Shown: in pieces, positions 19,938 to 29,520 of the stretch
Numbering within the stretch: the first letter of the stretch is position 1
How the letters are laid out: each line of letters starts with the position of its first letter
Source of the DNA: a virus
Taxonomy: Duplodnaviria > Heunggongvirae > Uroviricota > Caudoviricetes
Length of the DNA stretch: 37,403 nucleotides
Direction: 5' to 3' (one strand)
Virus record (IMG/VR): IMGVR_UViG_2529293140_000005
Location: 1-37,403 of that record
Position numbers and translations under genes: made by a program
Notes under the pieces: generated by a model
Told to the model about the DNA's origin: nothing
Databases searched by the model: none
The model's input: only the letters and a program-made list of their open reading frames with translations

Positions 19938-21332
19938 ATGGCAATTGTTAATATTAACGTGTCGGTGACGAATCCGCCGAAGCCCTCGCAGTTGTTAAAG
20001 TCCGGGGCGATGATTTCTATGGGCGGCACGACGCTGAATGCCGGTGAATATCAGCTGCTGACCAGTGAAACCGACCTGGCCGACATCCTTGCACCGGCGA
20101 AAACCATCTCGACGCTCGCCTGGGCTACTGGCGTGGTAACGGTCACGTTGGCTGCCGCTCATGGATGGACTAACGGATCACAGGTCCCGGTGATCATCTC
20201 CGGAGCGACTCCAGCGGGGTACAATGGCGCCTATACCGCTACGGTGACAGGTGCCAACACCTTCACCTATCCGCTGACGGCCAACCCCGGCAGCGCAACG
20301 GCAATGGGGACGGTAAAAACGGTAGTTCAGAACGAAATTTCCCAGATGAATACCTCGTTCTGGGCCCAGGGGAAAACGCGGGCAGTTTATGTGCTGGAAC
20401 TTGGCGATGTGTCCATGGAGGCAGCTGTCGCAGCGCTGACAACCTTCATCGCTGAAGACGTCGCCCTGGGCAACACCTACCAGAAGTTTTTCTCCTATCT
20501 GGTGCCGCGCGAATGGGATTCGGTCGATGAATTTAAAACCCTGACCGGGCTTTATACCTCGCCGGGCAGCCTGGTTTACTTCTTTGTCACCACAACGATC
20601 GCGACCTATCAGGATTGGGTCGCGACGAAAAACAAAACTGTCTTTGCCGGCGTCGAGGCTCCGGATATTCCGGCGAGCGAGTTTTCCATGGCCGGCCCGT
20701 TCCAGTCGTCCCTGGCAAACGACCCGGGGTCGAGCAACATGGTGCCGCCGATGTCGTACCGCTTTATGTACGGCCTGACTGAGTACCCGCTGGAAGGCAA
20801 CAGCGCACTGCTGAAATCGCTTCAGGACAGCAACATCAACTACATCGGCACCGGCGCCGAAGGTGGACTCAGCAATAAAGTGCTGTTCACCGGCCGCATG
20901 CTCGATGGTAACCCGTTCAACTACTGGTATTCGGTGGCGTGGACGGCGATCAACCTTGAGCTCGACCTGGCGAATGAAATCATCAACGGCTCCAACACGA
21001 CCGTTAACCCGCTGTACTACGAGCAGAAGGGCATTGACCGCCTGCAGCGTCGTGCTCTGAAAACCTTGCGTAATGGCATCAGCTACGGGCTGATCCTCGG
21101 TCGCGTCATCGACACGCAACTGACGCAGGAAGATTTCAACACCGAGTATGACAAAGGCACTTACGCCGGCAACGCCGTGATCAACGCCGTGCCGTTCAGT
21201 AACTACAACAGCCTGAACCCCTCCGATTATCAGGAAGGCAAATATAACGGGCTGAGCGCCGTCATGACGCCGCGCCGCGGCTTCGAATCCATCACGTTTA
21301 ACGTGAACGTAACGAACTTTGTAGGGGCGTAA
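19938..21332 (+). CDS. Tail sheath protein with an N-terminal Ig-like insertion
   Basis: 464 aa followed by a ~145-aa tube-sized gene, chaperone and tape measure. Confidence 0.55.
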   Translation: MAIVNINVSVTNPPKPSQLLKSGAMISMGGTTLNAGEYQLLTSETDLADILAPAKTISTLAWATGVVTVTLAAAHGWTNGSQVPVIISGATPAGYNGAYTATVTGANTFTYPLTANPGSATAMGTVKTVVQNEISQMNTSFWAQGKTRAVYVLELGDVSMEAAVAALTTFIAEDVALGNTYQKFFSYLVPREWDSVDEFKTLTGLYTSPGSLVYFFVTTTIATYQDWVATKNKTVFAGVEAPDIPASEFSMAGPFQSSLANDPGSSNMVPPMSYRFMYGLTEYPLEGNSALLKSLQDSNINYIGTGAEGGLSNKVLFTGRMLDGNPFNYWYSVAWTAINLELDLANEIINGSNTTVNPLYYEQKGIDRLQRRALKTLRNGISYGLILGRVIDTQLTQEDFNTEYDKGTYAGNAVINAVPFSNYNSLNPSDYQEGKYNGLSAVMTPRRGFESITFNVNVTNFVGA

Positions 21333-21335
21333 AAA

Positions 21336-21773
21336 ATGGCGAACCCATTAGTACCGCAGGGCTTTCTTAACCGCGTACGCGGGGCCCTTTCCGTCACGGA
21401 TACACCGGCGCTGAACGTTTCGGCGTCGTACCTGGCAAAGGACGGCATTAGCCTGCGTCCTGACGGCCCGGCAACCGACATCATCCCTACGATGACCGGC
21501 ACCGTCGGCAGCCAGGCACCGTATCAGCAGGTAACGCTGACCGTGCATCTTCTGAAAACTCAGGGGTTGGGTGAAAGCTACCGACAGCGCTTTTTAACCG
21601 ACACGTCGCTGGGTGAAATCGTGGTGACGCCGGATGCAACGACGTTCGGTAATATCACGCTGCTCAACTGCTACCTGGTCAACTTCAACGAGCTGGCTTT
21701 CAGCGGGATGGACCCGGCTTTTGTGGTAACCATCAGCGGCTACATGGTCACTAACGACAACATGTGGGTGTAA
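21336..21773 (+). CDS. Tail tube protein
   Basis: 145 aa; position after the sheath. Confidence 0.5.
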   Translation: MANPLVPQGFLNRVRGALSVTDTPALNVSASYLAKDGISLRPDGPATDIIPTMTGTVGSQAPYQQVTLTVHLLKTQGLGESYRQRFLTDTSLGEIVVTPDATTFGNITLLNCYLVNFNELAFSGMDPAFVVTISGYMVTNDNMWV

Positions 21774-21776
21774 TGC

Positions 21777-22349
21777 ATGAAAATTGACAAGAAACTGAAT
21801 CTGGTCACCAGCGTTACCCGCGAAGACGGCTCGATCGTATACCTGCACGTGACGCCTTTTCCCTATGAGGTGGTGGAAGAACACTGCATCCTGCTGGGAA
21901 ATCTGTTCACCAAATTCATCTCGCAGGTTGGTGGTCTTGGTGCCGCCAGAATCGCAGCGATGATGCTGCGTCAAAGCCTGAAAGCGGAAATCGATAACGG
22001 CCGGACAGGCCCGAACATCGTTGATGAAATTCAGCGACTGACGGTCGTTATCCATAACGTCGGCGGCCAGTGGAAAACCACGCCTCTTGAGGTGGCATTC
22101 AAGCAGGGGATTATCGACCCTGATGAGTATCGCGAGGTCGAAGGCGAAGTGGTTTTTTTTATGGTTTCCTCTGCTATTCAGAAGGCAAACCTGATCGCGC
22201 CGACCGTGGGAACGGTGATCAAAATGTACGATGGGCAACTAACCTCATCGAGCGGTACGGCGTTCCGCGATTCGTTGCAGACGTCGAAGCCGGATACCGA
22301 TATCCCGACCCAGAATGCCCAGCCGGAAACGTCATTTATACCCTCTTAG
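21777..22349 (+). CDS. Tail assembly chaperone (frame-0 product)
   Basis: Position between tube and tape measure; contains an internal slippery heptamer. Confidence 0.55.
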   Translation: MKIDKKLNLVTSVTREDGSIVYLHVTPFPYEVVEEHCILLGNLFTKFISQVGGLGAARIAAMMLRQSLKAEIDNGRTGPNIVDEIQRLTVVIHNVGGQWKTTPLEVAFKQGIIDPDEYREVEGEVVFFMVSSAIQKANLIAPTVGTVIKMYDGQLTSSSGTAFRDSLQTSKPDTDIPTQNAQPETSFIPS

Positions 22350-22483
22350 ACTGGGCGTCTAATGAGGGTTTCTGGCAGGTGATAAGGGAGATCACCGGCG
22401 AGGAGTATGCAAGCCCGGCGCAGTACCGGCAGCGCTACCTACTCGCCGCGCTCAAAGAAAGAGGTTTCTTCAATGGTAGCTAA
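22154..22483 (+). CDS. -1 frameshift extension of the tail assembly chaperone (slippery site T_TTT_TTT 22154..22160; -1 frame open 22127..22483)
   Basis: A U-UUU-UUU heptamer sits in the zero frame (codons GTT TTT TTT). The -1 frame is open from the heptamer to a TAA at 22481..22483, just inside the tape-measure start. Confidence 0.55.
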   Translation, partial: FFYGFLCYSEGKPDRADRGNGDQNVRWATNLIERYGVPRFVADVEAGYRYPDPECPAGNVIYTLLDWASNEGFWQVIREITGEEYASPAQYRQRYLLAALKERGFFNGS

Positions 22484-24290
22484 GTCGATCGTCGACATTG
22501 ACGTAAATGACGACAAGTTTGTCGCGTTTATGGAAAGGTTTCGCGAGTACCAGAGCGCGCTGGATGATTTACCGGAAGCATGGCGGGTAGCTGCCGTTGG
22601 TATTGGAGAAAGCAGCAAGCAGACCGAAAAGGCCAAAGGTGAGACGAAGGAGTTAGGCGCGGAGTTTAATGCCGTGGCCGAGGCCATTCTGACTATCAAC
22701 AGTGGTATCGATCGGCTCAATGCCAACCTGGAAGACTCGAAGAAAAAGCAGGACGAATTCAACAAAAGCACTCGCTCTGCGAAGGGCTTCCTTAGCGATG
22801 CGACGAAAGACGCTAAATCGCTGGCAGGGCACATCAAGGAAGCGACGGCCAGCCTTCTGTCCTGGGGTGGTATTGTCGGGATATTTACCGGCGTCCTGGG
22901 CGTTGGCGGCCTGTTTGGCATCAACCGGCTGGCGGCCACCACCGGCGCCCAGCGGTTTACTTCTCTCGGGCTCGGGACGAGCATCGGCGCGCTGGATTCC
23001 ACCGCCATAAACTACCAGAAAGCGCTGGGTAATCCGGCGGGGACGCTGGGCGCTATCCGCGATTCCCAGATGGACCTGTCGAAGCGCTGGACGTTTCAGG
23101 CTATGGGGATTAACAATCCCGACCAGGACCCGGCCAAACTGCTCCCGCAGATGATCCGTAATGCGCGCGATATTTTCGTGCAGAACGGCAGCACGCTGCA
23201 GGGCGCACAGGCGCACGGCCTGACAAACTTCTTTACGCTGGACGACCTGAACCGCTTCAAAAACATGAGCGATGAGGAGATCACCGCCATGGAGAAGCGC
23301 GCGCAGCAGGATGCGCGCATGTTGCAAATTACCGACCAGCAGGCGCGCCAGTGGCAGGATTTTAACGTCCAGCTCGACTACAGCAGCCAGAGCATCAGGA
23401 ATACGTTTGTGCGCGGCCTGGGTCCTCTCACACCTCAACTGAGAAAACTGTCTGATGCGCTGTCAGGCGCGATCGATACCGTCCTGAAATCCCCCGAACT
23501 CGGCAAGTGGATTGATGCGCTTGCCGGCGGCATTGAGCGATTCGGTAATTACCTCGCTTCTCCTGAATTTTCCACAGATGTAAGCAACTTTATGGACAAA
23601 GTAGAGAAAATGGGAAATCTAATTGGCAAGGTTATTGATTGGGTAACAGGGAAAGCGAGTATCTCTACTGCGGATATATCATCCGGGTCAACGATGTTGA
23701 GCCCAAGCACCATCATCGATCCGAAAACGGGAAAATCCTATACTCCTGGAAGCAATGATGACCCGCATGTATGGGGCTGGCTCAAGGGTGTTAGGCGCTT
23801 CTTTGAAGATGGAACCGTTAAAGCTGTTGATCCCACACCTGCAAATACTTCCGACAGAAACAGGACTATTGCAGATCGATTTAATAATCCGGGAAATCTG
23901 CGGTGGGCTGAAGGATATAGCAGCGAGAATACGAGAAGCGGTAAATTTGCCGTCTTCCCAACGCTGGATGAAGGCGTACTGGCGGCGACAAAGCAACTTC
24001 AAATGTATGGCGCTAAAGGAATAAATACGGTAGGAGATATTGCAAGAAAATGGGCTCCTCCTAAGGAAAATAATACCGCTGAGTATATTCGGCATGTGGT
24101 TAAAACTACTGGATTTAATGAGAATCAGAAACTGAATCTCAATGATCCTCAGGTTATCGCGAAACTCATTTCTGCTATATCTCAAAAAGAAGGGGCTGGT
24201 AGCAGAGTTTCTGAGAGCACAGTCATTCAGATCTATAACAATACCGGTGGGAATGCAGTGGTAACTTCAGCGCAATTGGGGGCGAGGTAA
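22473..24290 (+). CDS. Tail tape measure protein
   Basis: 606 aa from the ATG at 22473 (RBS AAGAAAGAGG). Helical low-complexity N-terminus, central hydrophobic Gly-rich segment, AT-rich C-terminal domain. Confidence 0.6.
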   Translation: MVAKSIVDIDVNDDKFVAFMERFREYQSALDDLPEAWRVAAVGIGESSKQTEKAKGETKELGAEFNAVAEAILTINSGIDRLNANLEDSKKKQDEFNKSTRSAKGFLSDATKDAKSLAGHIKEATASLLSWGGIVGIFTGVLGVGGLFGINRLAATTGAQRFTSLGLGTSIGALDSTAINYQKALGNPAGTLGAIRDSQMDLSKRWTFQAMGINNPDQDPAKLLPQMIRNARDIFVQNGSTLQGAQAHGLTNFFTLDDLNRFKNMSDEEITAMEKRAQQDARMLQITDQQARQWQDFNVQLDYSSQSIRNTFVRGLGPLTPQLRKLSDALSGAIDTVLKSPELGKWIDALAGGIERFGNYLASPEFSTDVSNFMDKVEKMGNLIGKVIDWVTGKASISTADISSGSTMLSPSTIIDPKTGKSYTPGSNDDPHVWGWLKGVRRFFEDGTVKAVDPTPANTSDRNRTIADRFNNPGNLRWAEGYSSENTRSGKFAVFPTLDEGVLAATKQLQMYGAKGINTVGDIARKWAPPKENNTAEYIRHVVKTTGFNENQKLNLNDPQVIAKLISAISQKEGAGSRVSESTVIQIYNNTGGNAVVTSAQLGAR

Positions 24291-25000
24291 TGGGATTCAC
24301 ACGTGAAATGTATAAGCTGGGTTTTGAAATATCCCCAGTAATACTTTGCGGAGGGATAGCGCAGGCCATTCCTGGAGGAATGCTCCCGATCGTCGCTTTG
24401 ACGCAGAGCGCGAGCTTTGTCACGGGACTGCTTGGAGGAGCCATAAACCTAACCGATCTGGATAAATATTTCTGCCACTGGCGCCCGGTTCAGGGCGCCA
24501 CAATGGTTGATTATGAAATTGCCAGATACCCTTTCGCCAACCAGGTTGTAGCTGCGAACGCTTTGCTTGCTCAGCCTTTGCGCGTTTCGTTGGTGATGGA
24601 GGCTCCGGTCAATGAAAACACCGGGGCGATGACAAAGCTCGTCACTATGAGTGCTTTGCAGTCTGTCCTTCAGGCGCATTCTAACTTAGGGGGCACGTTT
24701 ATCGTCGCCACCCCATCCGTTATCTATAGCAACTGCATTTTGCGTGTCGTTAGGGACATCACTTCAGGTAACGATCCATTACCACAGCGTTCATGGATAT
24801 GGGATTTCGAGCAGCCACTGATAACCGATAATGGTGCAGAGCAGTCTGTGAACAATTTTTTAAACAAGATTGGCGCCGGGGATATGGTAACCGACCCATC
24901 CTGGACTAATACCGCCAATGCTCTTGGCAACACGCCTCTCGGGAGCTCTGTATCGGAAGCAATAACCGGCCTATTGGGTAAGTTGGGGGTAGGGCCATGA
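24290..25000 (+). CDS. Tail/baseplate protein
   Basis: Translationally coupled ORF in the baseplate block. Confidence 0.4.
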   Translation: MGFTREMYKLGFEISPVILCGGIAQAIPGGMLPIVALTQSASFVTGLLGGAINLTDLDKYFCHWRPVQGATMVDYEIARYPFANQVVAANALLAQPLRVSLVMEAPVNENTGAMTKLVTMSALQSVLQAHSNLGGTFIVATPSVIYSNCILRVVRDITSGNDPLPQRSWIWDFEQPLITDNGAEQSVNNFLNKIGAGDMVTDPSWTNTANALGNTPLGSSVSEAITGLLGKLGVGP

Positions 25001-25275
25001 CAACCCAGAATTATCCGTTTACCGGCAATGATCGTCAAAGCATGACTTTTACACCGATCCTTGATGGCACCGTCTATAACTGCCAGGTCAAATGGAACAT
25101 TGCCGGGCTGAGGTGGTATGTCCTCATAACCGATGGCTCTGGGAATACCATTCTAAATACCCCGCTCGTTGGCTCCGTGCTTAACGGTGGAATAAATATT
25201 ATCTCCGGAGTGTTTAATTCGTCCTCCATGTACTGGCGAGAGCAGAATGGACTGATTGAGGTAAACAGCTCATGA
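24997..25275 (+). CDS. Small tail/baseplate protein
   Basis: 92 aa, overlapping starts and stops. Confidence 0.35.
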   Translation: MTTQNYPFTGNDRQSMTFTPILDGTVYNCQVKWNIAGLRWYVLITDGSGNTILNTPLVGSVLNGGINIISGVFNSSSMYWREQNGLIEVNSS

Positions 25276-26309
25276 GATATTATGATATTGAGATAACCAT
25301 TCCTGCTGAAGGCGCTTCTCCGGAAAGAACGATAAAATACAGTAGCCATAAGAACGGAGTTTACAACCCAGGCGCCCTGATGATTGAGTTTGATATCCTA
25401 AGGTACGGTGAATCGACTCCCCAGGGCGAAACTCACCTGACCATCTGGGGTATTGGCCCAAAAGAAATGCAGCAGGCTCGCCAGAATTTTTTTGGCAAAA
25501 AAATTAAAATATCCCTTGGGATGAAAGACGGGCTGCCATTGGCTGGAAAGGTTACCGCGCCAAAACTGGTATTGGATGGCGTGATAAATCAGGTCTTTGG
25601 TAACTGGCAGGGTATTGAGCTACGACTTGACTTCATAATCGTGGTTGGCCCTGTCCAGAACGTGCCAAATAACAAACCCGTACCCCTTCCTTTAACCTTT
25701 GACTGGAAGGAGGGGCAGAAGCTTTCTGTAGCCCTCACGCAGTGCTTTATGAACATCAGAGGGTATACGTTCAATATCAACATAAGTGACCGGCTAATTC
25801 TTAATCATTACCGGGGGCTGTTTTGTGATGATATTGTCACACTGGCCAAGGACCTTAATGCTTTTTCACGTTCCAGAATTCGCGATAGTGGATACTCAGG
25901 TGTAGAGATCGCAATAGTGAATGGTAATGAGATCCGGGTATGGGATAACGATTATGATAACCACCCGGATAAGACTTCTGTTTCCAGCGCCGTAGCCAGA
26001 AGCAACAGCCCAACCCAAATAGATTTCAAGGATTTGATAGGGCAGCCGACATGGGTGGCATTTAACACAATCAGCATGGCGTGCGTAATGCGCGGTGATA
26101 TTCAGGTTGGCGATCACATCCTGATGCCTAAAAAAAGCACTCCGTTGATACAGGCCTCTTCGTACTCTCAGTATCGAGAAGACTCTGCCTTTACTGGCGA
26201 CTTTATTGTGAACTCCGTTCGCCTGTTAGGGAATAGCAGGCAACCAACGGCAGAGGCATGGGTAACAATTATTGAGGCTTCCCCTTTCATTAAGGCAGGT
26301 AGTGCATGA
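25272..26309 (+). CDS. Baseplate hub-type protein
   Basis: 345 aa in the baseplate block; assignment by position. Confidence 0.35.
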   Translation: MRYYDIEITIPAEGASPERTIKYSSHKNGVYNPGALMIEFDILRYGESTPQGETHLTIWGIGPKEMQQARQNFFGKKIKISLGMKDGLPLAGKVTAPKLVLDGVINQVFGNWQGIELRLDFIIVVGPVQNVPNNKPVPLPLTFDWKEGQKLSVALTQCFMNIRGYTFNINISDRLILNHYRGLFCDDIVTLAKDLNAFSRSRIRDSGYSGVEIAIVNGNEIRVWDNDYDNHPDKTSVSSAVARSNSPTQIDFKDLIGQPTWVAFNTISMACVMRGDIQVGDHILMPKKSTPLIQASSYSQYREDSAFTGDFIVNSVRLLGNSRQPTAEAWVTIIEASPFIKAGSA

Positions 26310-27022
26310 GCATCGACAACAAGCTTAATTTTGCCTCAAGCATGAACAGGTTTACTGAAAGAAAGATTGAAAATGCGCTTCAAAAATCAGGGAAGGTTCT
26401 TCCGGCGAGCGTGGTCAAGCAAACAGGGAATATGATCACCGTCTCCTTTGAGCTAAGGGATATCCCATATGTTTTGCCGCAAGTGACTATCCCCTTATTT
26501 GGCCCTCAATATATTCGTTACCCTATGCAGCCGGGAGATAAGGGGATTGTTATCCCCGCAGATACTTACATTGGCGGCGTTAGCGGTCAGGGTGGCGGCA
26601 TTGCAGATATGACACCGCCAGCAAACTTAAGCGCCCTCGTTTTTTTGCCGATCAGTAATACCGAGTGGCAGGGTGTCGACGGACAGGTGGTGACGGTATA
26701 CGGTCCGGAGGGTGTAACGCTGCGTGACAGCGGCAGCAACACCACATTTCTCCTGAAGCCTGACAGCATCGCTATTTCCACACCTGACAGCTTCACCGTC
26801 ACCGTTGGCGGGACAGTTTTCTCACTGACGGGTAGCAAATGGAGCCTTTCAGGACAGGCTGGTCACCTGCAGGATTCAGTGGCCAGTACCAGCCCGGCAA
26901 TCATGCACGCCGGATGGCAGTCGCTTCTGGCCTGGCTTAACAGCCATGAGCATTCAAACGGCAACGATGGAAATGATACCGGGGGGCCGACTTCAACGTA
27001 TAACGGGAGTATCACCGAGTGA
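26306..27022 (+). CDS. Baseplate spike/assembly protein (gpV-like)
   Basis: 238 aa; position two genes upstream of the J-like protein. Confidence 0.4.
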   Translation: MSIDNKLNFASSMNRFTERKIENALQKSGKVLPASVVKQTGNMITVSFELRDIPYVLPQVTIPLFGPQYIRYPMQPGDKGIVIPADTYIGGVSGQGGGIADMTPPANLSALVFLPISNTEWQGVDGQVVTVYGPEGVTLRDSGSNTTFLLKPDSIAISTPDSFTVTVGGTVFSLTGSKWSLSGQAGHLQDSVASTSPAIMHAGWQSLLAWLNSHEHSNGNDGNDTGGPTSTYNGSITE

Positions 27023-27351
27023 GAACCTATGGCCGAAACTCTGAGGGGAAGTGGGTCCTGGTGGAAACCGACGAATATGGGTTTAATGACTCGGTGTATT
27101 TGACGACCCTGATCCAGAATCTGAAACTGGCGCCGCAGGAGTCGCCATTTTATGCGAACAACGGAATCCCGGCCGCCGGGTCGGTGATCCAGCAAATCCT
27201 GCCGACGTATTACGTAAACCGTATTCAGAAACAGTTCAGCCAGTATTTTTCCTCGCTGCAGATTGCGCTGATCAGCGACGACCCGCCTGTTTATAACATC
27301 TCGGCAATCACAAACGCAGGTTCAAAAATAATTACACAGGTGGCCGTATGA
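27019..27351 (+). CDS. Baseplate wedge protein (gpW/gp25-size)
   Basis: 110 aa immediately upstream of the J-like gene. Confidence 0.4.
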   Translation: MRTYGRNSEGKWVLVETDEYGFNDSVYLTTLIQNLKLAPQESPFYANNGIPAAGSVIQQILPTYYVNRIQKQFSQYFSSLQIALISDDPPVYNISAITNAGSKIITQVAV

Positions 27352-28766
27352 GCGATTTACCAGTCAGCTATACGTCAGCAGGCCCGGTTCCTCTGACGCC
27401 GGAAGAGCTAAGAGCACAGCTCGTTTCACAGGCAATTGCGTTATCTCCGGGACTCACCACGGATTTGCCTGGCTCTCTGATTGAAGACGTGGCCAGCACT
27501 GATGTCGGCGCACTTATCGTCTGCGATCAGGCGAGGGTTGACCTGATTAACTCGGTGGGGCCACTAAAGGCTAACCTGGCCATGCTGGAGCTTCTCGCAC
27601 AGCAGGCTGGTATCCCTGGGCAGAAAACGGCTGGCACAACAACAGTTCCGGTTCAGTTTTCCGGCCCCGCGGGATTTGTTATCCCACAGGGGTTTATTGT
27701 TTCTGATGGGACCTATACCTATTCAGTCAGTGATGCGACGATAATCTCGTCGTCAGGAGTGTCTGCCAGCGTATCATGCGAGGGAACGGAGACCGGGACC
27801 TGGGCGGTGCCGGTAAATACGGTTAACCAGATAATCACTAGCCTACCGTCTGATGTCACCATTTCCTGCACCAACCCGATCGCCGGCACTCCTGGTGCTG
27901 ACCCGGAAACGAATTATCAGTTTCGTGATCGAGTATGGCAGGCTCAGATGGCCACAGTTCAGGGATATCCTGGATTTATCAGACAACATCTTACCAGCCT
28001 TGATAACGTGCAGGCGCGCCTGGTTTCTGTCATTCAGGACGGGGATAAGTGGATAGTCATGTGCGCCGGCGGTGATATTTACGATATTGCTGGCGCGCTC
28101 TATAAGTCTGCGGGGGATATCAGCCGGCTGAAAGGGTGTTCACTGAATGTAACTGGGATCACGAATGCAAATCCTGGCGTCGTCAGCACAGACCTGACTC
28201 ATGGTTACACTGATGGCCAGGTTATCCGGATCACTGGCGTTACCGGGATGACAGGCATTAATGACGTTCCTCTGACCGTGACGGTACTGTCTCCTCACAC
28301 TTTTTCCATCGGAATTGACACCACTTCATCCGGGACCTGGGGAGGCGGCGGCGAGGTGACGCCGAACGTCAGAAACAATACCGTGACGGTGAATGACTGG
28401 CCTGATAACTACGTGATCCCGTTCGTGACACCATTGCTGCAGCGGGTCACAGTGACGTATCAGTGGGGGACCGAAAGTGTTAACTACCTGACAGATGCCA
28501 CGGTCGCCTCTCTGGTCTCGGCTCCTACGATTCAGTATGTGAACGGCATATTCGCCGGGAAACCGCTGAACGTTAACAACCTGAAAGACGCATTCTTACA
28601 GGCGATTAACTCGACAATCGACATGGGGCTGATCAGCACTTTAAACGTCGTGGTCACCATCAATGGTGTGATTACGCCACCGGATGCCGGGACGAATATT
28701 ATCAGCGGCGATAAGTTCAGTTATTTTTATATCGCGTCGGATGGCGTGATCGTAACAGGGGCGTAG
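27348..28766 (+). CDS. Baseplate J-like protein with an internal Ig-like domain
   Basis: 472 aa; position; contains the shared ~70-aa motif. Confidence 0.55.
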   Translation: MSDLPVSYTSAGPVPLTPEELRAQLVSQAIALSPGLTTDLPGSLIEDVASTDVGALIVCDQARVDLINSVGPLKANLAMLELLAQQAGIPGQKTAGTTTVPVQFSGPAGFVIPQGFIVSDGTYTYSVSDATIISSSGVSASVSCEGTETGTWAVPVNTVNQIITSLPSDVTISCTNPIAGTPGADPETNYQFRDRVWQAQMATVQGYPGFIRQHLTSLDNVQARLVSVIQDGDKWIVMCAGGDIYDIAGALYKSAGDISRLKGCSLNVTGITNANPGVVSTDLTHGYTDGQVIRITGVTGMTGINDVPLTVTVLSPHTFSIGIDTTSSGTWGGGGEVTPNVRNNTVTVNDWPDNYVIPFVTPLLQRVTVTYQWGTESVNYLTDATVASLVSAPTIQYVNGIFAGKPLNVNNLKDAFLQAINSTIDMGLISTLNVVVTINGVITPPDAGTNIISGDKFSYFYIASDGVIVTGA

Positions 28767-28767
28767 C

Positions 28768-29472
28768 ATGCTGGACGATATCATCCGGTCGTATATGTAT
28801 ACGCAATACAACGACGATGACAATCTGCGGGCATTTTTTACTGCGTATAACTCGATGGCGCAGGGCATTTATGACTGGATGGTTAATGCCAACCTGCCGA
28901 TTTTCATCGGTGACTACAACACCGGAGACCAGCTCAGGTGGATTGCCCATGGCATCTATGGCGTTTTACCGCCGGTTATTTCCAGCAGCGATCAGCAGGA
29001 GATAGGCCCATATAACACCTTCGAATTTAACCAACTGGCATTCAATGAGTACCGGGTGATTGACCAGTCGAACCAGGTTGTTGTCTCTGATGACCTTTTT
29101 AAGCGGATCATGACCTGGAATTTTTACAAGGGGGATGGCTTCTATTTCTCCATCCCATGGATAAAGCGGCGTGTTCTGCGGTTCCTGTTGGGAGTAAATG
29201 GCACAGACATCCTCAACGACCAGCGATGGAGTATCTCGATCCAGTTTGTGGATGGCGGTATCGTGATATCCATCTATAAGGGGCGCCGCAGGTTCACGCG
29301 GAGCGCTATCTACAACGCATCGGCCTATAACTCTAGGAAGTACAACCAGAAGGACACGGCCTTTGTGATCACCGAGGATTTCGAGTTCGCCATTTTCTTC
29401 AAGCAGGCCATGGATAGCGGCCTGCTGCACATGCCGTTTTATCAGTCAATTAGCGTTGAAATAATTGATTGA
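28768..29472 (+). CDS. Baseplate/tail-fibre attachment protein
   Basis: 234 aa following the J-like gene. Confidence 0.4.
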   Translation: MLDDIIRSYMYTQYNDDDNLRAFFTAYNSMAQGIYDWMVNANLPIFIGDYNTGDQLRWIAHGIYGVLPPVISSSDQQEIGPYNTFEFNQLAFNEYRVIDQSNQVVVSDDLFKRIMTWNFYKGDGFYFSIPWIKRRVLRFLLGVNGTDILNDQRWSISIQFVDGGIVISIYKGRRRFTRSAIYNASAYNSRKYNQKDTAFVITEDFEFAIFFKQAMDSGLLHMPFYQSISVEIID

Positions 29473-29520
29473 TTTTTTATCCCACTACTAATAAATTTAT
29501 TTGAATTTATTTGATGGGAC

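Noticed and set aside
20178-21119. 313-aa minus-strand ORF
   Set aside because: Antisense to the well-supported sheath gene in a GC-rich region; Arg/Ala-rich composition typical of spurious reverse-frame ORFs.
21594-22238. 214-aa minus-strand ORF
   Set aside because: Antisense to the tail tube and chaperone genes in a colinear + strand operon.
22653-23438. 261-aa minus-strand ORF (and 22439..23008)
   Set aside because: Antisense to the tape-measure gene; no RBS; artefact composition.
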